A DNA stretch of 64,000 bases from Planctomicrobium piriforme (lineage in GTDB: Bacteria > Planctomycetota > Planctomycetia > Planctomycetales > Planctomycetaceae), in NCBI GenBank assembly GCA_945861445.1, contig CAMAVF010000001.1:4174-68173 (forward strand), in the 5' to 3' direction. Positions 10,094-19,900 of this stretch are shown piece by piece. How positions within the stretch are numbered: the stretch's first letter is position 1; every line of letters begins with the position of its first letter. Made by a program: the position numbers and the translations under genes. Under the pieces are notes generated by a model. That model searched no databases. It was given only the letters and a program-made list of their open reading frames with translations, and was not told the origin of the DNA.

Positions 10094-10173
10094 CCCTAAC
10101 AAAACCGGTTGTGGGAAGTTCAGGACCGCGATATTTCACGCGGTCCTGAACTGACGCAGAGGTTTTGTGAGAG
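10094..10173. repeat. Family B nested-hairpin element, copy B1
   Basis: The sequence is CCCTAACAAAACCGGTTGTGGGAAGTTCAGGACCGCG..CGCGGTCCTGAACTGACGCAGAGGTTTTGTGAG. The outer and inner arms are each self-complementary. Confidence 0.9.
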
Positions 10174-10215
10174 TTTATAAGACTCAGAAGTCGGTCGGAT
10201 TAGGGAGATATTGGC

Positions 10216-13200
10216 ATGGCTCGCAGACGCTTGACGTCGCTTCCCGAGGGGTTGTGGTTGAAGCTCGCTGAGCTGGAAGTCTACGTGCGCCAACTTGATA
10301 TAGTCCGTGGCGTGGGCTGGACCCTGGCCATTGCCGCGATCTCGCTGGGATTGGGTTTGCTGGCAGATATCGCACTGGAATTGCCGCTGGTGATGCGGGT
10401 TGGAATGCTGGCCTCGGCGGGGCTGGTGACGCTGGCGACGGCCTATGGGAAGATCTGGCGGCCGTGGCGGCGACAGCGTTCTGTCCTGGACCTGGCGGCT
10501 GTCGTCGAACGCGCGAATCCGGAACTCAACGAATGTCTGGTTTCGTGCATCGAGTTGTACGACACGACGATCCCTGAGAGCGAACGGGGGTCGGCCCTGA
10601 TGCGCGAGTTGGCCGCGAAGCAGGCGCTGCACAACGTCTCGCCGCTGGATTTTTGTGCCGCCGTCTCGCCCCATGCGGCACATCGCATGGCGTTTGGCGG
10701 CTTGCTGGCCTGGACCCTGCTGCTGGTTCCGCTGCTGCTGCCGTCCAACTATCGCCTGCTGATGACACGTTTTTTCACCCCCTGGCAGAACCTCGATCGA
10801 GTCACCTCGTTCTGGTTTGAAGTCGAGCGTGGTGATCGAGTCGTCGTCCGGGGCAGCGATGTGATTCTGACGGCACATCCGAAAGGGATCATCACTGACT
10901 TACCGGCTACCGCCGAGTTGAAGTGGGTAAATGATCAAGGAGAATCGGACTCGCGCCGCGTCGACTACGATGCCGTGACCGGCGTGTATGCGACGACCAT
11001 TCCGCACGTGATGCACGGTTTTCAGTATCACCTGTCGGGTGCCGGCAACCGCTCGCGAACGTATCAGATTCAAGTAGTCGAAGCACCCGCGGTCACGGGA
11101 TTGAAGGTGGAGATTCAGCCGCCCGCCTATACCGGGCAGCCCGCAAAGTTGCTGGATGGAGCAGCCGGCGAAATCACGGTGCTGGAACGCAGTCGACTCC
11201 ATTGGCAGTTGACTTTCAACAAGCCATTGCAGGCGGCCGAGTGGCAATGGCAGCCTGATCCAGTCGTAGAGTCCAAGTCTGGCGAACCCGCTACCGAACC
11301 GGTAGACGATGCGGCCAAGGTTCCTGCAGAACCGACCGATCCTCCGGCAATTCCCTTCAAGCTGGCGGCTGACCGGTTGTCGGCGACGTGGGAATCGGTC
11401 CCTGAGGAAGGTGGGATGTTTCGATTAGTCGTCCGCGACGAACATGGGCTGACCAACGAAACCGACGGTGCCCGGCACTTGATCGTCACGCCGGATGTCG
11501 CCCCGACGTTGACCGTGGAAGGCCGCCACGACTCGGAAGTGGCCCAGGCCAGTGATGTCGTCCCCATTCAGGTCGACGCCACGGATGATGTGGGGGTCGG
11601 AGCATTGGAATTACACTATGAGATCGATGCCACTCGCAAAGGCATTCTGAAGTGCGAACCGGTTAAATTGGGGAAAACGCAGGTTCAGCATCAATTTGAT
11701 CTTCACCTGACCGACTTGCAGGTACGGAACGGTGAGGTCGTCAGCTACCGCGTCCGGGCGGCGGATGAACGGCCCGTTCCGGGGCCGAATGAGACCTGGT
11801 CGGATCAGCGAATGATTAAGATTGATGCGAAAGCCAAGCCGCCTGGTTCTCAGCAATTGGCGCTCGACCAGCAACAAATGCAGCAGTTTCTGAAGCAATT
11901 GCACGGCGATGTGACAGTTCAAGAGAAGCAGGCGCAGGAATTGCAAAAGCAGTCGACGCAGGTGGCGAAAGACGATCCAGCGGATGCCCGCGAATTGCAA
12001 CGCTCGATCGAGCAGGCGGCGGACCAGCAGGCGAAGCTGCAGGCGCGATTGGAACAACTGGCCGCGGCCTTCGAGAACCATCCCCTGTTTGCGAACCTGG
12101 CCCAACAGGCTCAACAATTGGCCGCGGCCGAATTTTCTCAGGCCCAGGCGGACCTGAAGGCTGCTGAGCAGGCGGAAAAAACCGAACGGACTGAGAAGCT
12201 GCAGGCAGCTCAGGAACAACTGGCCAAGGCCGACGAGCAGTTGGATGTATTGGAACAGCGGTTCGACAAGTTGGCGAAGCTGGAACAAGATCTCCTCGAG
12301 CTGAACCGCCTGGCCGCCAATGCCGATCAGTTGGCACAGCGACTCAAAGCCCTGGACCAAAAACAACGCGAGCCGGTGCCTCTCCAGGAAACCGAACAGC
12401 AACGTGAGAACCGTGAACAGTTGCAAAAGGCCGAAGAGAATCAACTCGTCGCGCAGCAGAAGGAACTGACGAACAAGGCGGCGGAACTCTTGCAAAAACA
12501 GCCGGAATTGCAGCAAGCTGCCCGGCAGAATCATTTGCAACAACTGGCCCAGTTGACGGAACGGGCCGAGCAACTGGCGCAGCCGCAGCAGGTCTTGGCG
12601 AACGAATTGCAAGCTGCGGCCGAGAAGAGCGCCCGTAGCAATGAGGACCTGGCCGAGCGTCAGGCTGAGTTGCAGAAACAGATTGAAAAACTGAACGAGC
12701 AAGTGGCCGAGAAGCGTCCGCCCGGCGTGCAGCCAATCGATCCGGCAGAACTCGAAAAGGCATTGGCAGAGTTGAAGGCTGGAAACTTGGGAGCCGCAGA
12801 GAAGGAAGAGGAACGGCTGGCCAAGCAACTCGAAGAGTTGGAAAAGAAGCTGCAGGCTGCCAATCAGTCGAATGCCGAACAAGCGCAGAAGCTGGCCGAC
12901 CAACAGGCCGCAGCGGCGAAGGCGGCTCAGGACGCGGCCCAGGAACAAACGGCCCCGGCCAAAGAGCAACAGGACGCGGCGGCTGAAGAGCTTGCTGAGG
13001 CTAAGGAGGAACTGCGAAAACTGCAGCCCGAGCAGGCAGAAAAAGAAAAGCAGGCGGCCGAAGCAGCAGTCGCCGAAGCGGCCGACAAACAGCAGGAATT
13101 GGCCGACAAATCCACCAAGCCCGATCCGGAATCGAAGGCCACGCCGGAGGAAAAAGAAGAGGAACTGCAGCGGTTGTTAAAAGAAAACGCTGAAGCCCAG

Positions 13201-14979
13201 CAAGCCGCCGCCGAGTCGCTGCAGAAGCTGGCCGATCAGTTGCAGACACCCCCTACGGAGAAGGCTGGGACTGAAGGGACTAATGAGGGCGACAAGGCAA
13301 AACTGGATTCACCAGAAGCGCCGGCCAAGCCCGCAGCACCTACTGAGAAAACTGAGAAACGGGATGATCCCGGAAAACCTGACGCCAACAATGGTCCGGC
13401 GGAAAAGCCAACAGGTAAGTCAGAAGATCCGCCGAAGGCCGCCGGTGAAAAATCTCCCGCACAGAAATCGCCGACTTCAACGAAACCGGAGGGTGCCAAT
13501 CCCGCGGGGGCAGAAACGCGTCCCAAATCATCAGCCCAACAGGCTGCCGAGCTGGCACAAGCGGCCCGCGCTTTGCAGCAGGAATTGGCTCAGGCCCAGC
13601 AAGCTCAGGACGTGTCGCAGTCGGCGGAAAAACAGAAACAGTTGGCAGATACGCTTCGTCGCTTGAACGAGGAAATTCAGAAGACTGCTGAGCGGATGCA
13701 ACCGTCTTCCGCGGCGAACGAACCGGTGCCAAAAGGTGATCAGCGTCCTCTACCCGAATCGTCAAAGTCACCGAGCGACCCATCCAGTCAGGCAGCTCAA
13801 AACAAGCTGGCCCAGGCCGCAATGGAGGCAGGACAACGGGAGCTCCAACAGGGGAACATTGAAAAATCTGCCGCTGCTGGCCAACAAGCCGCCGAGGCAT
13901 TGCAACAGTTGGCTCAAGCAGCAAAACAATCGGCTGAGCCGAACGGCCAACCCCCGTCGAAAGCGGCTCCCTCGGGGCAGCGTCCGATGCCGTCGGACGG
14001 TCAGAAACCGGCGACTTCTGAACAGAATTCCGCCGAAGGAGCCGTGCCTCCAGAGACGGCTCGTCAAGTCGCAGAAGCGGTTCAGCAATTGCAAGAGGCG
14101 CTGTCACCGCCGCGAGTTGGCGAGCCCGCTCGATCAAATGATCCTCAGCCGGCCGCGGAGAGCGAGACGGGTTCGAAGTCCCCCAGTTCTCAGAACCCGC
14201 AACCAGCATCAGGCGGTGAGTCCAAGAGTTCTCCGATGACTGCCGCGCAACCCGGTGAGCCCCAGCCGGGGGAATCGAAGTCAGGCGAGCCTAAGTCAGG
14301 CGAATCGAAATCTGGGGAGTCCAAGGGAGGGGAGTCGAAATCAGGCACATCCCCATCGGGTGAGCCTAAGTCAGGTGCAGCGCAACCGGGCGAGTCGAAA
14401 CCGGGCTCGTCATCGGAAGCGGCATCGCCCAAATCGGGTGGCGTGCCGATGCCGGGTACTTCGCCGCCGCAATCCCCGCAGTCCTCGGCATCGAAGACTC
14501 CCAGCACCCAGCCGTCACCCAATCCCCTGCAATCGGCCGCCCAGCGCTTGCAAAGTGCCGCAGAGGCATTGCGAAAGGCCAGTTCCGATTGTCAGTGTTC
14601 GAAGCCGGGTGCTGGGAACGGTGGTTCTGGTAAGGGTTCGCCAGGTGGAAAATCAGGAACTGGCGTGGCGTCCAACGGTTCGCCTCAATCGGGTCAGCCC
14701 GGTCCCGGTGATCCGAGCGGTAAGGGTCGAGGTGTTCCGGGTGAAGCCAATCCGGGCAACGGAAAACCGGGTTCCAACGGGGACACCGAAGTCGATACCG
14801 GGAATCTGGCACGGTTGAAGAAGCGCCTGGCGGGACGGAAATGGGGTGAGCTTCCCGGCACCCTGCAAACGGAAATTTTGCAGGCAGCACAAAAGAAGCC
14901 AAACAGTGAATATGGCGAATTGATCCGCCAGTATTTCAAAGAGATCGCCAAGACCCAACCGGCGACGACGGCCCCGTAA
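10216..14979 (+). CDS. DUF4175-like giant membrane-anchored coiled-coil / low-complexity protein
   Basis: Two N-terminal TM helices are followed by AAVVERANPELNECLVSCIEL. A beta-rich region is followed by ~600 aa of Q/A/E/K coiled coil and a P/S/G/K low-complexity stretch. The conserved C-terminus reads RKWGELPGTLQTEILQAAQKK..YGELIRQYFKEIAK. Confidence 0.7.
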   Translation: MARRRLTSLPEGLWLKLAELEVYVRQLDIVRGVGWTLAIAAISLGLGLLADIALELPLVMRVGMLASAGLVTLATAYGKIWRPWRRQRSVLDLAAVVERANPELNECLVSCIELYDTTIPESERGSALMRELAAKQALHNVSPLDFCAAVSPHAAHRMAFGGLLAWTLLLVPLLLPSNYRLLMTRFFTPWQNLDRVTSFWFEVERGDRVVVRGSDVILTAHPKGIITDLPATAELKWVNDQGESDSRRVDYDAVTGVYATTIPHVMHGFQYHLSGAGNRSRTYQIQVVEAPAVTGLKVEIQPPAYTGQPAKLLDGAAGEITVLERSRLHWQLTFNKPLQAAEWQWQPDPVVESKSGEPATEPVDDAAKVPAEPTDPPAIPFKLAADRLSATWESVPEEGGMFRLVVRDEHGLTNETDGARHLIVTPDVAPTLTVEGRHDSEVAQASDVVPIQVDATDDVGVGALELHYEIDATRKGILKCEPVKLGKTQVQHQFDLHLTDLQVRNGEVVSYRVRAADERPVPGPNETWSDQRMIKIDAKAKPPGSQQLALDQQQMQQFLKQLHGDVTVQEKQAQELQKQSTQVAKDDPADARELQRSIEQAADQQAKLQARLEQLAAAFENHPLFANLAQQAQQLAAAEFSQAQADLKAAEQAEKTERTEKLQAAQEQLAKADEQLDVLEQRFDKLAKLEQDLLELNRLAANADQLAQRLKALDQKQREPVPLQETEQQRENREQLQKAEENQLVAQQKELTNKAAELLQKQPELQQAARQNHLQQLAQLTERAEQLAQPQQVLANELQAAAEKSARSNEDLAERQAELQKQIEKLNEQVAEKRPPGVQPIDPAELEKALAELKAGNLGAAEKEEERLAKQLEELEKKLQAANQSNAEQAQKLADQQAAAAKAAQDAAQEQTAPAKEQQDAAAEELAEAKEELRKLQPEQAEKEKQAAEAAVAEAADKQQELADKSTKPDPESKATPEEKEEELQRLLKENAEAQQAAAESLQKLADQLQTPPTEKAGTEGTNEGDKAKLDSPEAPAKPAAPTEKTEKRDDPGKPDANNGPAEKPTGKSEDPPKAAGEKSPAQKSPTSTKPEGANPAGAETRPKSSAQQAAELAQAARALQQELAQAQQAQDVSQSAEKQKQLADTLRRLNEEIQKTAERMQPSSAANEPVPKGDQRPLPESSKSPSDPSSQAAQNKLAQAAMEAGQRELQQGNIEKSAAAGQQAAEALQQLAQAAKQSAEPNGQPPSKAAPSGQRPMPSDGQKPATSEQNSAEGAVPPETARQVAEAVQQLQEALSPPRVGEPARSNDPQPAAESETGSKSPSSQNPQPASGGESKSSPMTAAQPGEPQPGESKSGEPKSGESKSGESKGGESKSGTSPSGEPKSGAAQPGESKPGSSSEAASPKSGGVPMPGTSPPQSPQSSASKTPSTQPSPNPLQSAAQRLQSAAEALRKASSDCQCSKPGAGNGGSGKGSPGGKSGTGVASNGSPQSGQPGPGDPSGKGRGVPGEANPGNGKPGSNGDTEVDTGNLARLKKRLAGRKWGELPGTLQTEILQAAQKKPNSEYGELIRQYFKEIAKTQPATTAP
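14254..14406 (+). repeat. In-frame 15-bp tandem repeat encoding G-E-[SP]-K-S pentapeptides
   Basis: The encoded peptide is GEPQPGESKSGEPKSGESKSGESKGGESKSGTSPSGEPKSGAAQPGESKPG, inside the DUF4175-like gene. Confidence 0.85.
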
Positions 14980-15169
14980 CAATTCGTCGTGGGATGGGTC
15001 TCCGACCCGTCCGTGTCGTTAACAATCGACTTCGCATAGAACCTGACAGCCGTCGCCGTTGGCTCCGGGTTAAACGATACAGGGACAGTTCGGCTCGTTT
15101 AACCGGGAGCCAGCGGCGACCGATACTCACTTTGTTTCGCGACTCGTCCAAAAGAGACAAGGAACCACC

Positions 15170-16252
15170 ATGTCACCCCGCTCTCAATCCTCGCTGGCGC
15201 TGGGGACGTTGTGTGCGGGGTTGTGGCTGGCGGGTCAGGTGCTGGCGTTTCAACCTCCGCCCGCTGGCATGCCGCTGGCCGAGCAGATACCGGGGCGGCG
15301 GCAGTTGATCGATCAGGCGATTGTGCGGGCACTTGATTTCCTGGCCAATCAGCAACAGCCCAGCGGTGCCTGGCACAGCGATCAGATTGGTTCCTCGCCC
15401 GCTTGCACGTCGCTGGCCATCATGGCGTTTCTTGCGGCCGGACATGTTCCGGGCGAGGGGCCCTACGCCGTGCAGATCGAACGGGGCGTCCGCTGGGTCC
15501 TCGATCAACAAGCCCCCAACGGACTGTTCGCGGACAACGGAGTCCACGGTCCGATGTACACCCACGGCATTTGCTCGCTGATGCTGGCCGAAATCCTGGG
15601 GATGACCCCGCAGGACACCGCGGTTCCCGTTCGGAAGGCTCTCGAACGGGCGATCGAACTCATCCTGATTGCTCAGGATGTGCGCAAGGATCCTCAACAC
15701 AGCGGTGGCTGGCGTTATGGGCCCACGAGTACGGACAGCGATCTGAGTGCGACAGGCTGGCAACTGCTGGCATTACGCGCGGCGAAGAACGTGGGCTGCG
15801 ACATCCCCGCCGACTGCATTGATCGGGCGGTCGCCTACGTGAAGAAATGTGCCGTCCCGGGGAATGAAGGGTTCGGATATCAGCCCTCGGTCGGCACCAC
15901 GCCCGTACGTGCGGGAACCGGAATCCTGTGCCTGGAAATCTGCGGCGAACACCACTCGGCCGAGGCGTTGGGAGCCGCCAACTACCTGGTGCGGCGTCCG
16001 CTGATGAGCCGCGATTCGTTCTTTTATTACGGTGTCTACTATTGCACGGTGGGGATGTTTCAGATCGGGGGACAACACTGGGAAGTGCTGCGGGACCACA
16101 TGGAACCCCTGATCCTGAGCCTGCAACTACCCGACGGCAGATGGGAACCCCAACAGAACGAAGAAAATCGTGCCGGGATGATCTATTCCACCAGCATGGC
16201 GGTACTGGCACTGTCGGTGGAATATCAATACTTGCCGATTTACCAGCGGTAA
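15170..16252 (+). CDS. Secreted prenyltransferase/squalene-oxidase-repeat (alpha-alpha toroid) protein
   Basis: It has a signal peptide. Repeated QxxxGxW-type motifs are present (QQQPSGAWHS, QQAPNGLFAD, QHSGGWRYG, QLPDGRWEP). Confidence 0.7.
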   Translation: MSPRSQSSLALGTLCAGLWLAGQVLAFQPPPAGMPLAEQIPGRRQLIDQAIVRALDFLANQQQPSGAWHSDQIGSSPACTSLAIMAFLAAGHVPGEGPYAVQIERGVRWVLDQQAPNGLFADNGVHGPMYTHGICSLMLAEILGMTPQDTAVPVRKALERAIELILIAQDVRKDPQHSGGWRYGPTSTDSDLSATGWQLLALRAAKNVGCDIPADCIDRAVAYVKKCAVPGNEGFGYQPSVGTTPVRAGTGILCLEICGEHHSAEALGAANYLVRRPLMSRDSFFYYGVYYCTVGMFQIGGQHWEVLRDHMEPLILSLQLPDGRWEPQQNEENRAGMIYSTSMAVLALSVEYQYLPIYQR

Positions 16253-16411
16253 ATGAACCGTTTCACTTAGGTCCTTACAGCGTTTCCAAGTTTGGTGTAG
16301 CGGAATCTCGTAAGAGTTCCGCCGATTGCCGACAGATCTTGTCAGTCCCGGAACATCGGAATCGCTGGGGAAGTCATCAGAATTCTCACGAATTCTGCGA
16401 CATCACACCCG

Positions 16412-16912
16412 TCACGCCTGGGCCGCGTACTTTTCTGCGTATTCCAGGACCCACTGGTCGATCGTCTGGATCATGACCGGGACGTCGATGTCTGGTAATC
16501 GCTGGTACTGATTGCGGCTGAAGATTTCCTTGTTGCGGATTGAACCCTTGCCTGCCAATTCCACAATATGGGCACTGGTAAAGGGTTTGATGACCAGTAA
16601 CAGCTTGCTGTAGAAGCGGCTGTAGTAGGTCTTCGGTTGCGTTTTTCCGCCCCCGAGACCCAAATCGTCACGCGACATTTCCGCGCCCCAACCCTCTTCT
16701 CCAACGACCGAACGGCATTCGAATCCTGGGAAGTGATCGGCCAATTGCCGCAGGCATTGTTCGATGTGATCGGAAAGCTGAATCCGCAAATCTCCGTGCA
16801 GTTTGCGCAGCTCATCCTCATTCATGGCCCGCGAGACGCGAGCCTGATCGTTCACATCGCTTACCTTTTGGCCCCGTTCAATGGCCTGCTGCAACCGCTT
16901 CTTGAAATCCAT
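16412..16912 (-). CDS. Hypothetical protein (166 aa)
   Basis: This is a clean ORF with protein-like composition, divergent from the large gene at 16996. I recognise no motif. Confidence 0.55.
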   Translation of the reverse strand: MDFKKRLQQAIERGQKVSDVNDQARVSRAMNEDELRKLHGDLRIQLSDHIEQCLRQLADHFPGFECRSVVGEEGWGAEMSRDDLGLGGGKTQPKTYYSRFYSKLLLVIKPFTSAHIVELAGKGSIRNKEIFSRNQYQRLPDIDVPVMIQTIDQWVLEYAEKYAAQA

Positions 16913-16995
16913 GCACCTATTTTGCCGCCGCGTGAGGGCCTTTGCAATGCTCTGACGGACTGTGACGTGACCGTAGATGTCGCTTCCCGTGATGC

Positions 16996-19900
16996 GTGTC
17001 GGTAGAATGCACTGTCCCGATGCGGGATTCCGGTCCGGGGCGATGTTGCGGAATGTTGTTTGTAAAGAATGGTTCTGTTTCGATGAGTGTCTCTGGTTCG
17101 AACCCGTTAGCCGCGGCGCTGACCCCTGACGATGATCTTGCGCTCCAAGGCGTACTCGGGTACTTGAATTTTGCCAGTGGCAAGCCTGATCCCAAGTTTC
17201 AGGGATATCTCAATCAGTTACATGCGCGGTTGGGAGTCGGTCACTGGAAGGAACTGGCGGCCGTCCTGCGCAACGCGTTGCAGCGGTTCGTCGGCACGAG
17301 CGCGGTGTTTTCCAACATCGAGCAGGCGACGCAGGTCTTGAACCTGGTGTTTGATGAAGTCGCTCCGGCGTATCGTAAGTTCCACGCCGATTTGCTGTTC
17401 CAACTGAGCGACGGCGACTACGAAGTCCCGTTTTTCCTCGCCCGGCTCTGCGAAGCCACGTTGGCTCAAGGCGGACCGTGGGACGAAACCGAACGCATCG
17501 TACAGGGTGCCCTGACGCAGTTGAACGATTTCATCGGGCACCGCCCGGTGGCCATGCTGGAAAATGGGCAGGCGATGCAGCCTTACCGGCACGAACGCTT
17601 CCGGCCGATCCCCATCTACCTGGCCGGAGTCGGAGTGGCGGTTGGTCCCTATCAGGAGATCCTCGAACGAGTCATCCGTCATCTCAAGGAAACCCCGTCA
17701 GCGGTTCTCGAAGATGCCCATTTTCACATGGAGCAGCTCGATGAGATTGCGCTCGATCCCCGGGCCTACGATCATCAGCATCCCGTCTTCAAACGCACGA
17801 ACTACATGTTCGGCGAATGGGATCCGCATCAGATCGACAACAAGGGGCGTTACCGGCGGTTTGTGCTGCGGTCGGTCGTGCTGGGGGCGTTGCTTGACTG
17901 GATGCGAATCGTCGACAAGCTGCCGCCGGATGAAGTGATTTACGAAGCGGCTGCCGTGTTGTGCGGCACGATGCTGATGGCCTCGACCATCAGTGGTTCC
18001 GGCCCGCACACCTACGATTCGACCGTCAGCCTGGGGACGTTGTTGTCCAAGGTCGCCCGGCAACGCGATGCCTTCTATGCACGCTTGCTGGAAACCGTGA
18101 CGGGCAAGCATGCCGATCGGTTGAAGAAGGAATCGCATCAGGCCAAGCAGCCCTTCGGCAAAGTCCGCCAGCATTTGAATCTGTTCGTGGCGAACAACGG
18201 TTCCAAGCAAGTGCAGTATGGGCATCTGTCGTACCTGTTTGCGCGGATGGGCTTTCCCGATGCGGCTCGCGAACAGGCGTTGATGATCCCGGCGAATGCG
18301 GCCCGGTTCGAATGCGAACTCGAATGGCGACTGACGTCGGCTCATCTGCTGCTCGACCGGGGCGACATTGTGGCCGCGGCGGGCTTGCTGCCGGAAATTG
18401 AGGACTGGCTGCACCGCGGCATCGATTGCGGAGCCTTGGCCGATCCGTGGAATATCCTGGGCTTTCAGGGGAATTTCCCCCTCTTTCATGCTCGTGAAGA
18501 TACGGTCGTCGATCCGCGCATTGAAAAGATGCTGTATCTGATTGACCAGATTCTGGTGTTGGATGCCCGCGTCGTCAGCGAAGCCGCCGCCGACGGACAA
18601 CGCATCCTGCGCGAAAAGCTGTCTTACAACTGCCGGAAATTTGCCGAGTGGTGGGACCAGTTCGCCAGTTCGACGGTGTCAGGGCTGCCCGAGGTGAAGG
18701 CGCTCGAAAGCTTCGAGTCGGCGAACCAGGTGGCCGATGCGCTGGCGGAATGGCACGCGGCCGGTGAGGCCGCCGGAGACATTTCCTTCTGGCGGCAACA
18801 CGTTCACAAGTTCGAAACAGCCAAGGCCTACGCGTTGGTTCTCGATGTACTACTCAGCAAGCAGGACACAGTGGCGGCGATGGCGTTGTTGATCCAATGG
18901 CTCAGCCAGGCCGATCTCGTGGGCTTGGAGTCGGGATCGTACTCGTTCCACAACCTGATTTTCCGCTGGCTGCGGTTGCTGTTGCGGATCGATCCCAAGA
19001 ATGTGGCCGTGGGGACTCAGCCCGATCAGGCGGCCGAAAACCTGCAGCGGTTCCAGAAGGCCTGGCCGATCATTGTCCGGCTGTTCGATTACATGGAAGC
19101 CAATGCCGGGGATTACTGGTCGGTGCCGACGCTCGAAATCGTGCTGCCTCGCATGCAACGTCCCGACGAGGACGAGCGACCGCGGGACGACGATGAGGAT
19201 GATGACGACGAACTGTTCGACGCCGCCTATGAAAACGTGGTCTTCCGCGACAGTGCGAAGGATGGCCATGAAGGCAGTACGATGGACACCGGGCGGTCCT
19301 CCTTCGACACCGATCTCGACACGCTGGCCCAGCGGTTGGACGGCCGGCTGAAGTTTCAGGTGACCTTGTCCCGGCTGTGGCAGATTGCTTCCGCGACTTA
19401 TGCCACGGTGAAGATCCAGGCCTCGAAGACCGGTCAAATGGACTCGGCCGCCGTGCTGGCCCCGGAAATGGTCGATTCCCTGCGCAGTTGGTACACCCGC
19501 TCACAAGAAGTGCAGCTCGAGTTACAACGATTGATGCAGGAAGTCTGGAAGCTGGACCTGGTCAAGCCGAGCGGCGATCACGATTCGCTGGTGGAATACG
19601 ACCGCCAATTGCAGCTGAAGTTCAACCTGATGAGCGGTATCATCTTCACGCACGTCGGTTGTCACGAAGCCACGTGGCATCTGGCCAGTTGCCTGCCCGA
19701 GCAGACGCCGACCGAAGGTCTGGCTGAATGGGAACCGCTGACGATCACGATCTATCGCTCGATCTTGCGAGGGGAACCGGCTGCGGTCCGCGAACAATTG
19801 CCCCACCTCGTGCAGAAGCTGTCGCATATCCCGCTGCTGTATGTCCCGCTAGATCAGGGAGGCGATCCCGAGCGAATCCTGCGAACTCGCACATTGCAGA

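Noticed and set aside
11611-12969. A 452-aa ORF lies antisense to the DUF4175-like gene. Other long antisense ORFs are at 17698-18600, 20071-21246, 24332-25228, 34471-35595, 43329-44345, 46996-47988 and 49128-50177.
   Set aside because: Each lies entirely inside, and opposite to, a gene with clear family motifs. Their translations are low-complexity or Arg/Gly/Pro/Leu-rich with no motifs. Long stop-free antisense frames are expected in GC-rich coding DNA and over coiled-coil repeats.
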